DNA from: Eledone cirrhosa
Taxonomy: Eukaryota
Length of the DNA: 64,000 nt
Direction of reading: 5' to 3'
NCBI GenBank assembly: GCA_964016885.1
Contig: OZ024748.1
Span: 22,816,001 to 22,880,000 of the forward strand
Numbering within the stretch: position 1 is the first letter of the stretch; each line of letters begins with the position of its first letter. Both the position numbers and the translations under genes were made by a program. Of the stretch, positions 1 to 14,431 are shown one piece after another. The notes under the pieces were generated by a model. The model saw only the letters and a list, made by a program, of their open reading frames with translations, was not told the DNA's origin and did not search any database.

Positions 1-70
1 TACGGGGTCGATAAAATAAAGTACCAGTAATACACTGGGATAATTGGTGGCCCTGTGCCAAAAGTAGAAA
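1..70 (+). mobile_element. 3' part of tRNA-derived SINE (family A)
   Basis: GGGGTCGATAAAATAAAGTACCAGTAA...TGTGCCAAAAGTAGAAA matches the other copies in the window. Confidence 0.8.
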
Positions 71-140
71 GAGTTATTATATATACGCACACTATTCAGT
101 TTTTTAATATACTTAGAAGTGACCAGGATACTAATATTCT

Positions 141-221
141 TCACCCACTGATGAGCAAGAATTAGTATTCCTCTTGACAATTAATTTTGCGAAACAGCAT
201 AGCCAAACGCTGTCTGGGTGA
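141..221 (+). ncRNA. Canonical type I hammerhead ribozyme
   Basis: Stem I TCACCCA(141-147)/TGGGTGA(215-221); CTGATGA 148-154; stem II GCAAGAATTAG/TTAATTTTGC; GAAA 191-194; stem III CAGC/GCTG; GTC triplet 212-214. Confidence 0.88.
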
Positions 222-404
222 TTGGTAGTTACCACAATTGCGGTTTGTATTTATTTTCTTGATTTATTCTTAAATTGAGTCTGTTTTCACCTTAGCGAAT
301 CTGGTCCCTTACAATTTGAACACATATATGTATATGTGTGTGTGTGATGGTATGATAGTAATAAATGTGAAGATGATGTGATGTAGTGATGTTGCTGCTG
401 GTAT

Positions 405-740
405 GATGGTGGTGGGAGGGATGGTGTGATGATGATAGTAGTGGTGGTGGTGGGATGGTGTGATAGTGGTGGTGGTGGTGGTGGGATGGTATGGTAGTGG
501 TGGTGGTGGGATGGTATGATAGAGGTGGCGGTGGGATGGTATGATAGAGGTGGTGGTGGGGTGGTATGATAGTGGTGGTGGTGGGGTGGAATGATAGTGG
601 TGGTGGTGGGATGGTATGGTAGTGCTGGTGGTGGGATGGTATGATAGTGGTGGTGGTGGTGGGATGGAGTGATGGTGGTGGTGGGGTGGTATGATAGTGG
701 TGGTGGTGTGGTCGTATGGTAGTGCTGGTGGTGGGATGGT
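405..740. repeat. (TGG)n-based degenerate minisatellite
   Basis: Repeated TGGTGGTGGGATGGTATGATAG-like units. Confidence 0.85.
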
Positions 741-741
741 A

Positions 742-2876
742 TGAGAATTCCCAGTTCTGTGACCCAGGGCGTAGTCACGTTAGTCAGGAAGGACGAGAAT
801 AAGGGGGATGACATAGGCAACTTCCGGCCCATAACCCTGCTCAACACAGAGTTACAGATGTTGGCCAAGGTGTTGGCAAAGAGGCTGGCGCTTGTCGTCG
901 AAAATCTGGTGGGAGTAGCGCAGACATGCGCAATCCCGACCAGGTCCATACACGACAACTTCCACCTCATGCGATACATCATAGAGAGGGTAGGGTGTAA
1001 ACCCGGCTTCGGTGGGGCCCTGATCAACTTGGATCAGTCTAAAGCTTTCGATATGGGTTGACCATCGTTACCTGGATGCGGTGCTCGAGGCGGCAGGCTT
1101 CGGACCCGTGTTCAGGGGCTAGATTGCTGCAATGCACAGCAGCAACATCTGCTCAAGGGTCAAGGTGAACGGCTACCTCTCGGAGCCGTTCCATATCACA
1201 CGATCCATCCGACAGGGATGCCCTCTCTCCTCCCTTCTGTACGTACTGACTCTCGAGCCACTATTGTGGAAGTTGGAGCTATTGCAGGGCATCCCTTTGG
1301 AACCGGGACTGCGAAAATCGGGGAGGTCGGCACCTTACTGGAGGAATACGAAAGGTTCACAGGAGCGAAGCTGAACCAGGACAAATCCGTCGGTTTGCAA
1401 CTCGGAACGTGGAGAGGCAAACCGATGCCTTCCGATGGCGTCGTCGGACGCTGGACGGAAGGACCGGTAAAGCTGCTCGGGGTCTGGTTTGGTCCGGACC
1501 TCCAGGTGGAGAAGAACTGGAACGAGGTGACGGCCAAGGTGTTTGCGCTCACCCAGAAGTGGGCCGAGTGCAAGCTATCCTTGAAAGGTCGAGCGGAGGT
1601 GGCGAACACTTTTATTGCGTCCGCCATCTACTACCGCTTGACCGTCGTGCCTTGTCCAGCCAAAACGCTCTCCAAAATGGAGCGCGCGCTCTTCCAATTC
1701 CTTTGGAAGAAACGGGCTCCTTTGGTGAGAAGATCCATCTGCTGCCAACACCCTTCAAACGGAGGGCTGGGGATGCCGTGGTTGACGATGCGTAAACATG
1801 CGCTCAGGCTGCGGCACCTCCACGTATACCTCACCAGACAACCGGTGTGGGCCCTGTTCGTGAGGCGAGCCTTCCCATGACTCATCTCGCTGAACGAGCT
1901 GCAGTCCTGGGTCAAGCAAAGACCGAGGAAAATGGGCGACTGGCACATCGAATGTGCTCAGGCGCTCACAGTCCTCTGGCAAACGGACCCGGCGATCAGT
2001 GGAGACTCCACTTCGACATTCTATAGAGGGTTGGTCCGCAGCAAGTGCGACAACACGCTCGGAGAAACTCTGGGCGTAGAGGAGGACGAACTGGCCAGTA
2101 TGTTCGGTAGGACCTTCCGCTCGGGACCAATGGATAACTTCCAAAAGTCCCTGGCCTGGCAGTGCTACCGAGGAGCTCTACCAGTTCGAGACAAGCTCTA
2201 CAGACACGGGCGCCCGGGTATGGACCCTTCGAAAAAGATCTGTCCGAGATGCGTGCGCGACGAGGAAACCGTCGCGCACGCATTTGTACACTACCCGGGC
2301 GCTACCGACCTGTGGGGATATGTAGAACGACTATTGTCGCGGGTGGGACCAAATCCAGTTGACCACCTGTCATGATCAAACCGCCACCCTCCTTAAAAAA
2401 CGAGGGAGAGGCGGTTTTCCTATGTGTTATGGCTATGGTGAAAGAGGTTATATGGTGGAAGAGGTTAAAAGGGCTGAGGTCAGACACCTTTCTCTCCGGC
2501 GAGCAACTGATTCGTTTTTTCAAATATCATTTTGGAAGAAGAATCAGGATGGAGAGAGAGGTGCTGTACCCCAGCAAGTTTTATGAAAGGTGGGTGAATG
2601 TGTCAAAGATGGCCCGAGTGGTTGGGCCTTCTCTCTATATAAGCCTGTAGGTTGAGGAAAAAGAGGAAGAGAGGAAGGGAGTACTCACTCTTGGTGCTCC
2701 TGGAGATGAGGGTTGTACATTTTTTCGGGGTGTGTACAACCCCTGCGTAACGCCTCCCCCTATTGGGTATTTCAATTGTTATTTGTTATTTTATCAATAG
2801 TTTTATTTTCATGTATGTAAACTCCCCATTTGTATTTGTCCCCTTCTTTTGTGCCCTTGTAGTTAATAAAAAAATG
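742..2876 (+). mobile_element. 5'-truncated, frameshifted Tx1/L1-clade LINE (RT plus C-terminal zinc finger, 3' UTR)
   Basis: Split ORFs give FRPITLLNTE, LINLDQSKAFD, SIRQGCPLS, GGLGMP and CPRC...ETVAH; 3' UTR has AATAAA followed by (TCTA)n. Confidence 0.92.
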
Positions 2877-2988
2877 TATCTATCTATCTATCTATCTATC
2901 TATCTGTCGATCGATCGATCTGTCTATCTGCTTGTTTGTCATCTATCTGTTTACCTGTCTGTCTCTCTCACTCACTCTCAATCTCTCT

Positions 2989-3030
<42 letters not shown>

Positions 3031-3489
3031 CGATCTATCTACCCCCACACCTCCCTACATCCCTACCTATATATCTGTCCATATATCATTCCATGTTAAA
3101 TGACCCACACATAAATCAATAACAATAGTTATCTGACAGTGAAGAAATAGCAAATATCTATTTTACAGATTTTTAAAAATTTATTTATACCTATTTTATT
3201 TATTCTTTTATTATTTATTATCTGCCTTCCTGTATTTTTTCTTCTTTCAGTAAACTTCTTACTCTTTTGATTACTAATAAGAAAGCCTCTTGTTTCTGAA
3301 TGAGGCCAACAGAAAAGATGAGCATTTTTAACGTCGATGCTATGGAGTTATATAATTAATATCGATTAGACTGCGCATAGATATTTGTTCTCTGAAACGA
3401 TCGTAAGACAATAGATTAATTAGAACCCGATTTTCTTTTTCTTATTCTTTCATTGTTTAATAAGTATATATATGTGTGCGTGTATGTAT

Positions 3490-3739
<250 letters not shown>

Positions 3740-3837
3740 TTATATTCTACTGTACAACATTTACAACTATCGCTATGAGTCTTATAATATATAGTACAAT
3801 ACACTACCACCAACTTCACGAGCAGCAACAGCAGCAA

Positions 3838-3891
3838 TCCACCACCACCACCACCACCACCACCACCACCGCCAGCACCACCAGCACCAGC

Positions 3892-3922
<31 letters not shown>

Positions 3923-4440
3923 CCACCACCGCAAGCACCACCACCACCACCACCACCACCGCCACCACCACCACCACCACCAACACAACCCACTCTCTAC
4001 TGAAGAGTACACATAGTCCATGTAAACAGTTCTTATCTACTGTAGAGAACACACAACCTGGGTCAGCAGATATCCTGTACTTTAAAGTATTAAATATCTC
4101 ACCACCACCACCACCACCAGCACCACTACCACCACCACCAGCATCACCACAAACACCATCATCACCACCAGCACCACAGCTAACACAAGCATCATCACTC
4201 CCACCACTACAACCGCTACCATCATCACTCCTACCATCACCACCACCAGAACCATCTCTACACCATCACCACCAGAACCATGTTACCACCACCACCACCA
4301 CCACCACCACCACCACCACCACCACCACCACCACCACCACCACCACCACCATCACCACCACCACCTCCACCACCAACACCACCACTATCAGCACCATCTC
4401 ACCACCATCACTACCAACATCACCAACACTACCACCACCA
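3838..4440. repeat. (ACC)n microsatellite tracts
   Basis: Direct observation. Confidence 0.9.
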
Positions 4441-6290
4441 GAGAGAGGATGAGAGAGAGAGAGAAGGTGAGAGAGGGGGCGAGAGGTGGTGAGAGGGGGT
4501 GAGAGGGTGATAGAGGGGGTGAGAGATAAGGTGAGAGAGTGTGAGAGAACGGGTGAGAGAGAGGGTGAGAGAGAAGGTGAGAGAGGGTGAGAGAGAGGGT
4601 GAGAGAGAAGGTGAGAGAGGGTGAGAGAGATATGGTGAGAGAGAGGGTGAGAGATAGGGTGATAGAGAGGGTGAGAGATAGGGTGAGAGAGAAGGTGAGT
4701 GGACGAAGAATGGCCGAATGCTTAAGAAGTTCACTTTGTAATCCTTAGGTTCCGAGTTGGAAATCCTTGAGTTAAAAAAGTGTGATTTACCATAATCTCT
4801 GGTCAACCCCTGACTCACTAGTGAACTTAGAGAACTTAACATAGAGGATCAATTCAACTGGTGATGGATTAAGGGGTTGCTGTTAGTACTGACTTTTGGT
4901 GGCAGTGGATTGTGTAGTTGAGAGAAAATGGCAATTGGATTGGAAGTAGAGGAGGGTCGTAGGGGGCGATATATCTTGTTGGCTTCCAATTGCTTACGTC
5001 AGCTGTTCTTCTCTACAGATGTAAGTTCTGTAATTGTTGATCAGTGATCAATGTAGTAAACAAGTAAACGAAAAGAAAGTTCTGGAAGATTTCTGAATTG
5101 ATTAGTCCTTTTCTAACGTTGAAGCAATTTCGGTAGAGAACTACTTCTTACGTAGGCTACTTTCTTATGAAATGCCCTTGAAAATTTGTCATTCGATGAT
5201 TGAGTTAGAAATTGAGAAAAAAAAAATTGATCTGTAAAGTAATCCGAGCCAAGTACGTCATTGGCAGTCGATATATCAAAGTTTCCTATTATATGACACT
5301 CTTTAAAGCACTTTAACCTCGTTTATTTGGTCAAAATAGAACATTAGAAATAAGAAGTACTTATCATTGATTTGTCTTCTGTTGGTGTAGACAGCTGAGG
5401 TCAAATAAATTTCTAGATTATTCAAGCATTAAATGTTTTATTTCCACGTGCTCTGTGTAACTAAACTTTGTCAATCCTTGTTTTCCTTAAACAATTATTT
5501 ACAGCGAGCAGAAAGTACTTTCGTGTCGTCTCTGGCCAATTACTAGCCCAATGCTGCTATGTTTAGAAGAATTCCCCCTTCCAGCACCAACCCTCACTAA
5601 CCGACATCCATCCTCCTCCCCACCAAACCAAACCAATTCAAATCTTCTCTCATCACTTCGGTATATAAACTGAGCGATTGCTTGTCTCGTATCCATGCAC
5701 GTAGTCTATGGTGCTTCTTCAAGGCTGCTCTCAACTGACATTTCATAGGTAATCGATGCACTATTAAGAACTACCCTACCCTACCCACCACTGCACCACC
5801 TACACACACTCAATGGCTGGCATTTTACTAAAGGATGTAAGGCCTTGTTCTCTGATTCCAAATCTATTTGAACTGGAAAGCGAAGGAAAAAAATGTGATG
5901 TCATTGATTCGGACAGGTTAAATAGAGAGAATAAATTGAGTTAGAGCAAAAGATGTATGATGGTTGAGTAGTAGCAGCCGCAGCATCAACCGCAGCAGGA
6001 ACAGCATCAACCGCAGCAGGAACAGCAACAGCCACAGCAGCAGCAACTGCAACAGCATCAACAACAGCAGCAGCAGCAGCAGCAGCAGCATAGCAGCAAC
6101 AACAGCAGCTATAGCAGAGTTGAAGTGGATTAGAGTAGTCCGTGTGTCGAGAGCGAATATACTTTAATAGAAAAAGAAAAGTTGGATAACACTTAGATAT
6201 GAATTGGACGAAGTTCGAGCTTGCAAATGACCAGAAATTGAATAAAAATTGTATAGGTTTCTAGATCTAACCAGAAAGAAATGATGGGAG

Positions 6291-6435
<145 letters not shown>

Positions 6436-6651
6436 AGAAGGCTAGGAATGTAATTACTTGTTTAAACATTGTGTATGCTCCGATGATTCCAGACAGTTGT
6501 TTGGAAGAAACGATCGTCAGCAATTAAATGCGATTGTTTTATATATTTTGTATTTCTGCTCTGTAATACATCTGATAATTTACATTGAGCTATTTTTCTT
6601 TCTGGTAATCGGGTAGTACAACATATTACCCTTTCATATCTATAATTGTGG

Positions 6652-6912
6652 TGGAGGCACGTGGCCTAGTGGTAAGGGTGCTTGACTTACGATCATAATG
6701 TCGTGGGTTCGGTTCCTGGGTTGCGTGTTGTGTTCTTGAGCAAAACACTTCATTTCACGTTGCTCCAGTATACTCAGCTGAAAATGAGTACCAGCAATAG
6801 CTGTGGGTTTAACCCTGCGATGGACTTGCGTCCTCTCCAGGGGGGAGTCTTGTACTCTCAGTCCCTTCACGCCATGAAACCGGGATAAGCACCGGCCAAA
6901 TGAGCCTTCTGG
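6652..6912 (+). mobile_element. tRNA-derived SINE with CORE-like central domain (family B)
   Basis: A box TGGCCTAGTGG, B-box-like GGTTCGGTTCC, then GTGTTCTTGAGCAAAACACTT...GCTCCAG. Confidence 0.8.
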
Positions 6913-7018
6913 CTTAAGACAGACTTTAGACTTTTTAGATCTATAATTGTATATAGTTTATATATAAGTGTAAATACTATTATTAGTATATATACATATG
7001 TACATATATATATATTTA

Positions 7019-7057
<39 letters not shown>

Positions 7058-7230
7058 TATACAGTAATAATAAATATGAAGACTAAAATCCGAAGAGGTT
7101 GAAAACAGCGATATATATATATATATATATATATAATTATTAATAATAATAAATTTCAAGACTAAAATCCAAAGAGGGCTCGATAAGGATAAATATATAT
7201 CAAATATATAAGAACCGTAGAGCAAATATT

Positions 7231-7443
7231 TATTAAAATAACAGATTAAAGTTTAAGCAAAGAATCGCTGCTTTCACCCTTAACGGGATCTTCTGAAACT
7301 AACAAAGTCAATCTGTAAACGCAGAAGTGGATATTTCAAAAAACGTTGCGACCGGAGGAAGACAGGAAGACGATACTTTGGTTCGTGGATGAAAGGGTGA
7401 AAGCAGCGATTCTTTGCTTAAACTTTAATCTGTTATTTTAATA
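7231..7443. repeat. Fold-back cassette with 51-bp perfect arms containing a variant hammerhead (7250-7300, - strand)
   Basis: 7231-7281 is the reverse complement of 7393-7443; minus strand reads AGTTT CAGAAGA TCCC..GGGT GAAA GCAG..TTGC TT AAACT. Confidence 0.75.
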
Positions 7444-7448
7444 TATAT

Positions 7449-7805
<357 letters not shown>

Positions 7806-7947
7806 ATATATATATATGCAAAAGTTCTATTTAAATTGTTGGGATACAACAAGCAAATATTTTTATAACTGATATAAAGCACTCAACAAATAATTGGAGT
7901 AAAAATACGATATTGACAAATGGAAACTATATTTATAAAACCATATT

Positions 7948-8012
7948 TATTTCATTATACATATTTCAAGGACACCAAGTTAAATTATGGTGTGCTTTCA
8001 TCAGCTAAAATA
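7948..8012 (-). ncRNA. Minimal type I hammerhead ribozyme
   Basis: Inverted copy of 8420-8484 with one stem I mismatch. Confidence 0.7.
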
Positions 8013-8419
8013 TAATATAGAGCAGTTTTATAAATAAATATTGACATACCCTTAAAGAATGCAACCATTTCTGTTGGAAGCTCCCGGATAGTGGAGTTGT
8101 ATTTATACTTATAGTATTAGGTAAGTTAGTATTGGATATTTTTAAATAAGCCGTTGGGTTACGGAGAAAGAGAAAGAGAGAGAGAGAGAGCAGTTGTTAT
8201 GCTCTCTCTCTTTTTTTTTCTCTTTTTTCTCTCTGTTGTTCTGCTCTCTCTCTCTCTTTCTCTTTCTCCGTAACCCAACGGCTTATTTAAAAATATCCAA
8301 TACTAACTTACCTAATACTATAAGTATAAATACAACTCCACTATCCGGAAGCTTCCAACAGAAATGGTTGCATTCTTTAAGGGTATGTCAATATTTATTT
8401 ATAAAACTGCTCTATATTA

Positions 8420-8484
8420 TATTTTATCTGATGAAAGCACACCATAATTTAACTTGGTGTCCTTGAAATATGTATAATGAAATA
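8420..8484 (+). ncRNA. Minimal type I hammerhead ribozyme
   Basis: TATTTTAT CTGATGA AAGCACACCA..TGGTGTCCTT GAAA TATGTA TA ATGAAATA. Confidence 0.8.
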
Positions 8485-9452
8485 AATATGGTTTTATAAA
8501 TATAGTTTCCATTTGTTAATATATCGTATTTTTACTCCAATAATTTGTTGGGTGCTTTATATCAGTTATAAAAATATTTGCTTTCCATTTGTCAATATCG
8601 TATATATATGTATATATATATATATAAACACATGCAAATGGATCTCCGTTGGTTTCGTCGATACGTGTTCTGTTGATCGATCCACTGATTTACCTTCTCA
8701 TAAATTACCATGTATAAAGGAGGTTGAGTCTGAATATGTGTACACCAATATGTGTGCGTGAGTGTGTGTGTGAATATGTATACATCAACATGGGTGTGTG
8801 TGTGAATATGTATACACATGTGTGTGTGTGAATATGTATACACCAACATGTGTGTGTATGTGTCTATACACCAACATAGTATATGTGTGTACGCACGTGT
8901 GTGTGTATATGTGTGTACGCACGTGTGTGTATATGTGTGTGCATATGTGTGTACGCATGTGTGTGTATATGTGTGTGTATATGTGTGTACGCATGTGTGT
9001 ATATATGTGTGTGTATATGCGTGTACGCACGTGCGTGTATATCTGACTAGGAGCTGACACATAGCTTCATATACACGCACACAGACACAACTAGATAACC
9101 ATATTCAAACACACACACTCACGCACATACACTCACACTCACACACACACACACACACTCACACTCACACACACACACACTCACACGCACATACACACTC
9201 ACACACACACACACACTCACACGCACGCACACACACTCACACACACACTCACACTCACACACACACTCACACGCACACACACACTCACACACACACACTC
9301 ACACGCACACACACACTCACACTCACACGCACACATTAACACACACACTCACACACACACACTCTCTCTCTCTCTCTCTCTCACACACACGCACACACAC
9401 ATGCACTCAGTTGATATACACACACAGCTCATATACACAGTTCCTTCTAAAT

Positions 9453-9575
9453 AACTGTTTCTACTTTAGGCACAAGGCCAGCAAATATCCAGTGCATTAC
9501 TGGTACTTTATTTTATCGACCCCGTAAGGATGAAATGCAAAGTCAACCTCGGCGGGATTTGAACTCAGATCGTAA
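9453..9575 (-). mobile_element. SINE family A, 5'-truncated
   Basis: GGGATTTGAACTC (reverse B box) and the shared core. Confidence 0.85.
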
Positions 9576-9694
9576 CAACGTTGGCATGGTCACGTTTGGA
9601 ATAACTTGGATCATATATCTACCATGAGATCACCGACTGTCCTGTGGCTAAACAATAAACGGAAGACTATAATGTGTTTATTTATGTGTACACA

Positions 9695-9807
9695 TATATA
9701 TGTGTAAAGATATGTGTAGATATATCTCCCTTATGTGTATATTTATGTGTATATATATATATATGTGTAAAGATATGTGTAGATATATCTCCCATATGTG
9801 TATATTG

Positions 9808-9892
<85 letters not shown>

Positions 9893-10037
9893 GTGTATAT
9901 ATATATATATATATTTATGTGTATATATATATATATATGTAAAGATATGTGTAGATATATCTCCCATATGTGTGTATTTATGTGTATATATATATGTGTA
10001 AAGATATGTGTAGATATATCTCCCATATGTGTGTATT

Positions 10038-10082
<45 letters not shown>

Positions 10083-10267
10083 GTGTACATATATATATGT
10101 GTAAAGATATGTGTAGATATATCTCCCATATGTGTATATTTATGTGTACATATATATGTGTAAAGATATGTGTAGATATATCTCCCATATGTGTATATTG
10201 ATGTGTATATATATATATATATACGTGTGTGTAGATATGTGTAGATTATCTCCCATATGTGTATATT

Positions 10268-10350
<83 letters not shown>

Positions 10351-10648
10351 GTGTACATATATATATGTGTAAAGATATGTGTAGATATATCTCCCATATG
10401 TGTATATTTATGTGTACACATATATATATATGTGTAAAGATATGTGTATATATATCTCCCATATGTGTATATTTATGTGTACATATATATATGTGTAAAG
10501 ATATGTGTAGATATATCTCCCATATGTGTGTATTTATGTGTATATATATATATATGTGTAAAGATATGTGTAGATATATCTCCCATATGTGTATTTATGT
10601 GTATATATATATACGTGTGTGTAGATATATCTCCCATATGTGTGTATG
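9695..10648. repeat. Compound minisatellite: about 45-bp core plus variable (TA)n
   Basis: TGTGTAAAGATATGTGTAGATATATCTCCCATATGTGTATATTTATG repeated more than 10 times. Confidence 0.92.
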
Positions 10649-10687
10649 TATTTCCTCTCACTCCCACTCTTTTGTCATAATCGATAT

Positions 10688-11775
10688 TCACATACATACA
10701 CATATGTTCACATACATACATACACATATGTTCACATACATACACATATGTTCACATACATACACATATGTTCACATACATACACATATGTTCACATACA
10801 CTCACACACATATTCACATGCATGCACATATGCTCACATACACACACTCACACATTCACATACATACACATATGTTCACATACACACACATATGTTCACA
10901 TACATACACATATGTTCACATACACTCACACATTCACATACATACACATATGCTCACATACACACACTCACACATTCACATACATACACATATGCTCACA
11001 TACATACGCACACACATTCACATACATACACATATGTTCACATACATACACATATGTTCACATACATACACATATGTTCACATACACTCACACATTCACA
11101 TACATACACATATGCTCACATACACACACTCACACATTCACATACATACACATATGCTCACATACATACGCACACACATTCACATACATACACATATGTT
11201 CACATACATACACATATGTTCACATACATACACATATGTTCACATACATACACATATGTTCACATACACTCACACATTCACATACATACACATATGCTCA
11301 CATACACACACTCACACATTCACATACATACACATATGCTCACATACATACGCACACACATTCACATACATACACATATGCTCACATACACTCACAGATT
11401 CACATACATACACATATGTTCACATACACACACTCACAGATTCACATACATACACATATGTTCACATACACACACTCACAGATTCACATACATACACATA
11501 TGTTCACATACATACACATATGTTCACATACACTCACACATTCACATACATACACATATGCTCACATACATACACTCACACATTCACATACATACACATA
11601 TGTTCACATCCACACACTCACACATTCACATACATACACATATGTTCACATACACTCACAGATTCACATACATACACATATGTTCACATACACACACTCA
11701 CAGATTCACATACATACACATATGCTCACATACACACGCATACACATTCACATACATACACATATGCTCACATAC
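10688..11775. repeat. 20-bp-based minisatellite
   Basis: CACATACATACACATATGTT and variants. Confidence 0.92.
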
Positions 11776-12150
11776 AGTTAGGTATACTGACACATACAAC
11801 TACTCTCCTTGTGTATGTGTGGGTGTGAGAGCGTATGTATGTATGTATATGTGTATGTATGTATGTATGTATGTATGTATGTATGTGTGTATGTGTGTGT
11901 GTATGTATGTGTGAATGTATGTATACAGAGATGTATATATATATATATAAATCCCCTCCCCCTCCCATCTCCTTCCCCCTCCTCCCCCCTCTTCTGTCAG
12001 TCGATATAGCAGCAAGCTGTAGACTGCAGACTAGACAGTAGAATCTTACAGCAGACTACATGCATTTTAGCTGCATGTTGCAGACTTAATGTATTGCATG
12101 GCACACTGTCATGTAGTTTGCTGTGTAACAATCCATACAGCCTGTTGCAG
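11774..12150 (+). repeat. Copy 1 of a locally triplicated segment
   Basis: 11990-12150 matches 46901-47060 and the reverse complement of about 17257-17417. Confidence 0.9.
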
Positions 12151-12252
12151 TAATCGCAAACAACTACACATATACACACACGCATGTATACACAGACATA
12201 CACACACATGCACATAAACAGAAATATATACAACCGACGCATGCATATACCG

Positions 12253-12299
<47 letters not shown>

Positions 12300-12301
<2 letters not shown>

Positions 12302-12601
12302 TAGAAGTGGTATTTAATTTGTTGGAAGTCCGGCAAATATAAATGCTTATAACTGATTTAGAGCACTCAACAGTTTACTGGAGTAAATATTCAATGATAT
12401 TAAATAAATGGAAACTATATTTATAAAACCATATTTATTTTATTATATATATTTCAAGGGCAACCAAGACAACATTGCTACGCTTTCATCAGATAAAGTT
12501 TTATCTGATGAAAGTGTACCAGTATTGTCTTGGTTGCCCTTGAAATATATATAGTAAAATAAATATGGTTTTATAAATATAGTTTCCATTTATTTAATAT
12601 C

Positions 12602-12604
<3 letters not shown>
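12300..12604. mobile_element. Fold-back cassette with two divergent hammerheads (arms 12393-12604)
   Basis: Centre ATCAGATAAAG/TTTTATCTGAT; same family as the cassettes at 7817 and 25595; (TA)n on both sides. Confidence 0.8.
12499..12559 (+). ncRNA. Minimal type I hammerhead ribozyme
   Basis: TTTTAT CTGATGA AAG..ACCA..TGGT..CTT GAAA TATATA TA GTAAAA; mirrored copy at about 12438-12497 (-). Confidence 0.72.
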
Positions 12605-13007
<403 letters not shown>

Positions 13008-13137
13008 ATGATATTAAATAAATGGAAACTATCGTTATAAAACAAGGGTACCAAAATTTTCGTACGCTCTCATCAGATAAAATACAAAAGTTGTTCTATT
13101 AAATTTGTTGAATAACCAACAAATTAAATAATTCTTT

Positions 13138-13193
<56 letters not shown>

Positions 13194-13230
13194 TCATATA
13201 TATATTTAGATATTTATATTTATATATATT

Positions 13231-13420
13231 AGTGATAGAGCATCGGACAACATGCTTTGCAGCATGGAGTTACGCCGCTTTACCATCTGAGTTCAAATCC
13301 TGCCGAAGTTAGCTTTGCCCTCCATCCTTACGGGGTCGATATAATAAAGTACCAGTCACGTACTGGGGTCGATGTAATAACCTTTCCCCTCGCCCCAAAT
13401 TGTTGGCCTTGTGCCTTAAT
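13231..13420 (+). mobile_element. SINE family A-related copy
   Basis: GAGTTCAAATCC B box and TTTGCCCTCCATCCTTACGGGGTCGAT core. Confidence 0.8.
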
Positions 13421-13543
13421 CAGAAACCATGCTTATTGTCATACTTGTTTGATTCAGACGTCTTCTAAATGTTTCCCTGTGTATGTATGTATGTATGTAT
13501 GTATGTATGTATGTATATATATATATAGATATATATATATATA

Positions 13544-13600
<57 letters not shown>

Positions 13601-13605
<5 letters not shown>

Positions 13606-13742
13606 GTTTCTACTTTTGGCACAAAGCCAGCAATTACCCAGTACATTACTGGTACTTTATTTTATCGACCCCGTAAGGATGAAAGGCAAAGTTAACCACG
13701 GCGAGATTTGAACTCAGATCATAAAGGGACTTAACTCTATGC
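13601..13742 (-). mobile_element. SINE family A
   Basis: Shared core and B box on the minus strand. Confidence 0.85.
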
Positions 13743-13754
13743 TAATATATATAT

Positions 13755-13853
<99 letters not shown>

Positions 13854-14029
13854 AATATATACATATATACATGTATGTATGTACATATGTGTTAAGTATT
13901 TCCATAGAAAAGGTAAAGGAAAGAAAAATGTTTTTGACTGGAAGGCGATCAAGAGATCCAGTTATCAGTTTGGCTGACCGCCTTCGAAGGATTGTGTTTA
14001 CCATTATTCCTTTATTATATAACTATTAT

Positions 14030-14098
14030 GCAATATACACCTGATGATGTCACCAGGATCTTACCTAACCTGGCCATTGAAATGTACATAGTGTTTGC
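14030..14098 (+). ncRNA. Minimal type I hammerhead ribozyme (solo)
   Basis: GCAA..ACAC CTGATGA(14041-47) ..CCAGG..CCTGG.. GAAA TGTACA TA GTGT TTGC; palindromic stem III. Confidence 0.78.
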
Positions 14099-14348
14099 TG
14101 AAATAAATCTTTGAAGGAATTTCACCAGTCTTGCCTCCTGTCATTTTACTCAATAATAATTAACTCCGTTCTCGCCCCACCAACAAGATTCAAAATCAAA
14201 GATGGATAAGTTGAGTACTTTTCCTAATATTACATCATGATTGACTATACGGAATGACCAGTTCTATCCAGTGGTGAACCACCAAACTTAAATGAATATA
14301 TATATATATATCTATCTCTCTCTTTATATATATCTATCTCTATATATT

Positions 14349-14430
14349 TACCGTATTTCCCGGCGTCGAAGCCGCTACTTTTTACCTAAAATAAGTGTAA
14401 AAAATCTACCGTGCGTCCTGGAGGCCGAAA
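14349..14430 (+). mobile_element. Probable pogo/Tigger-like MITE terminal fragment
   Basis: TA|CCGTATTTCCCGGCGT start typical of such TIRs; truncated by the adjacent SINE. Confidence 0.45.
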
Positions 14431-14431
14431 A

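Larger units (their letters stand above)
7817..8600. mobile_element. Large fold-back cassette (about 340-bp arms) with two minimal hammerheads; Penelope pLTR-like
   Basis: About 7851-8192 is inverted against about 8241-8583; flanked by (TA)n. Confidence 0.8.

Noticed and set aside
3290-3335. CTGAATGA..GAAA hammerhead-like string
   Set aside because: Extra core base and no convincing stems I and II.
4849-5027. Minus-strand exon with TGA read-through (ELTSVEKNS*RKQLEA..)
   Set aside because: No homology or SECIS evidence; compatible with chance.
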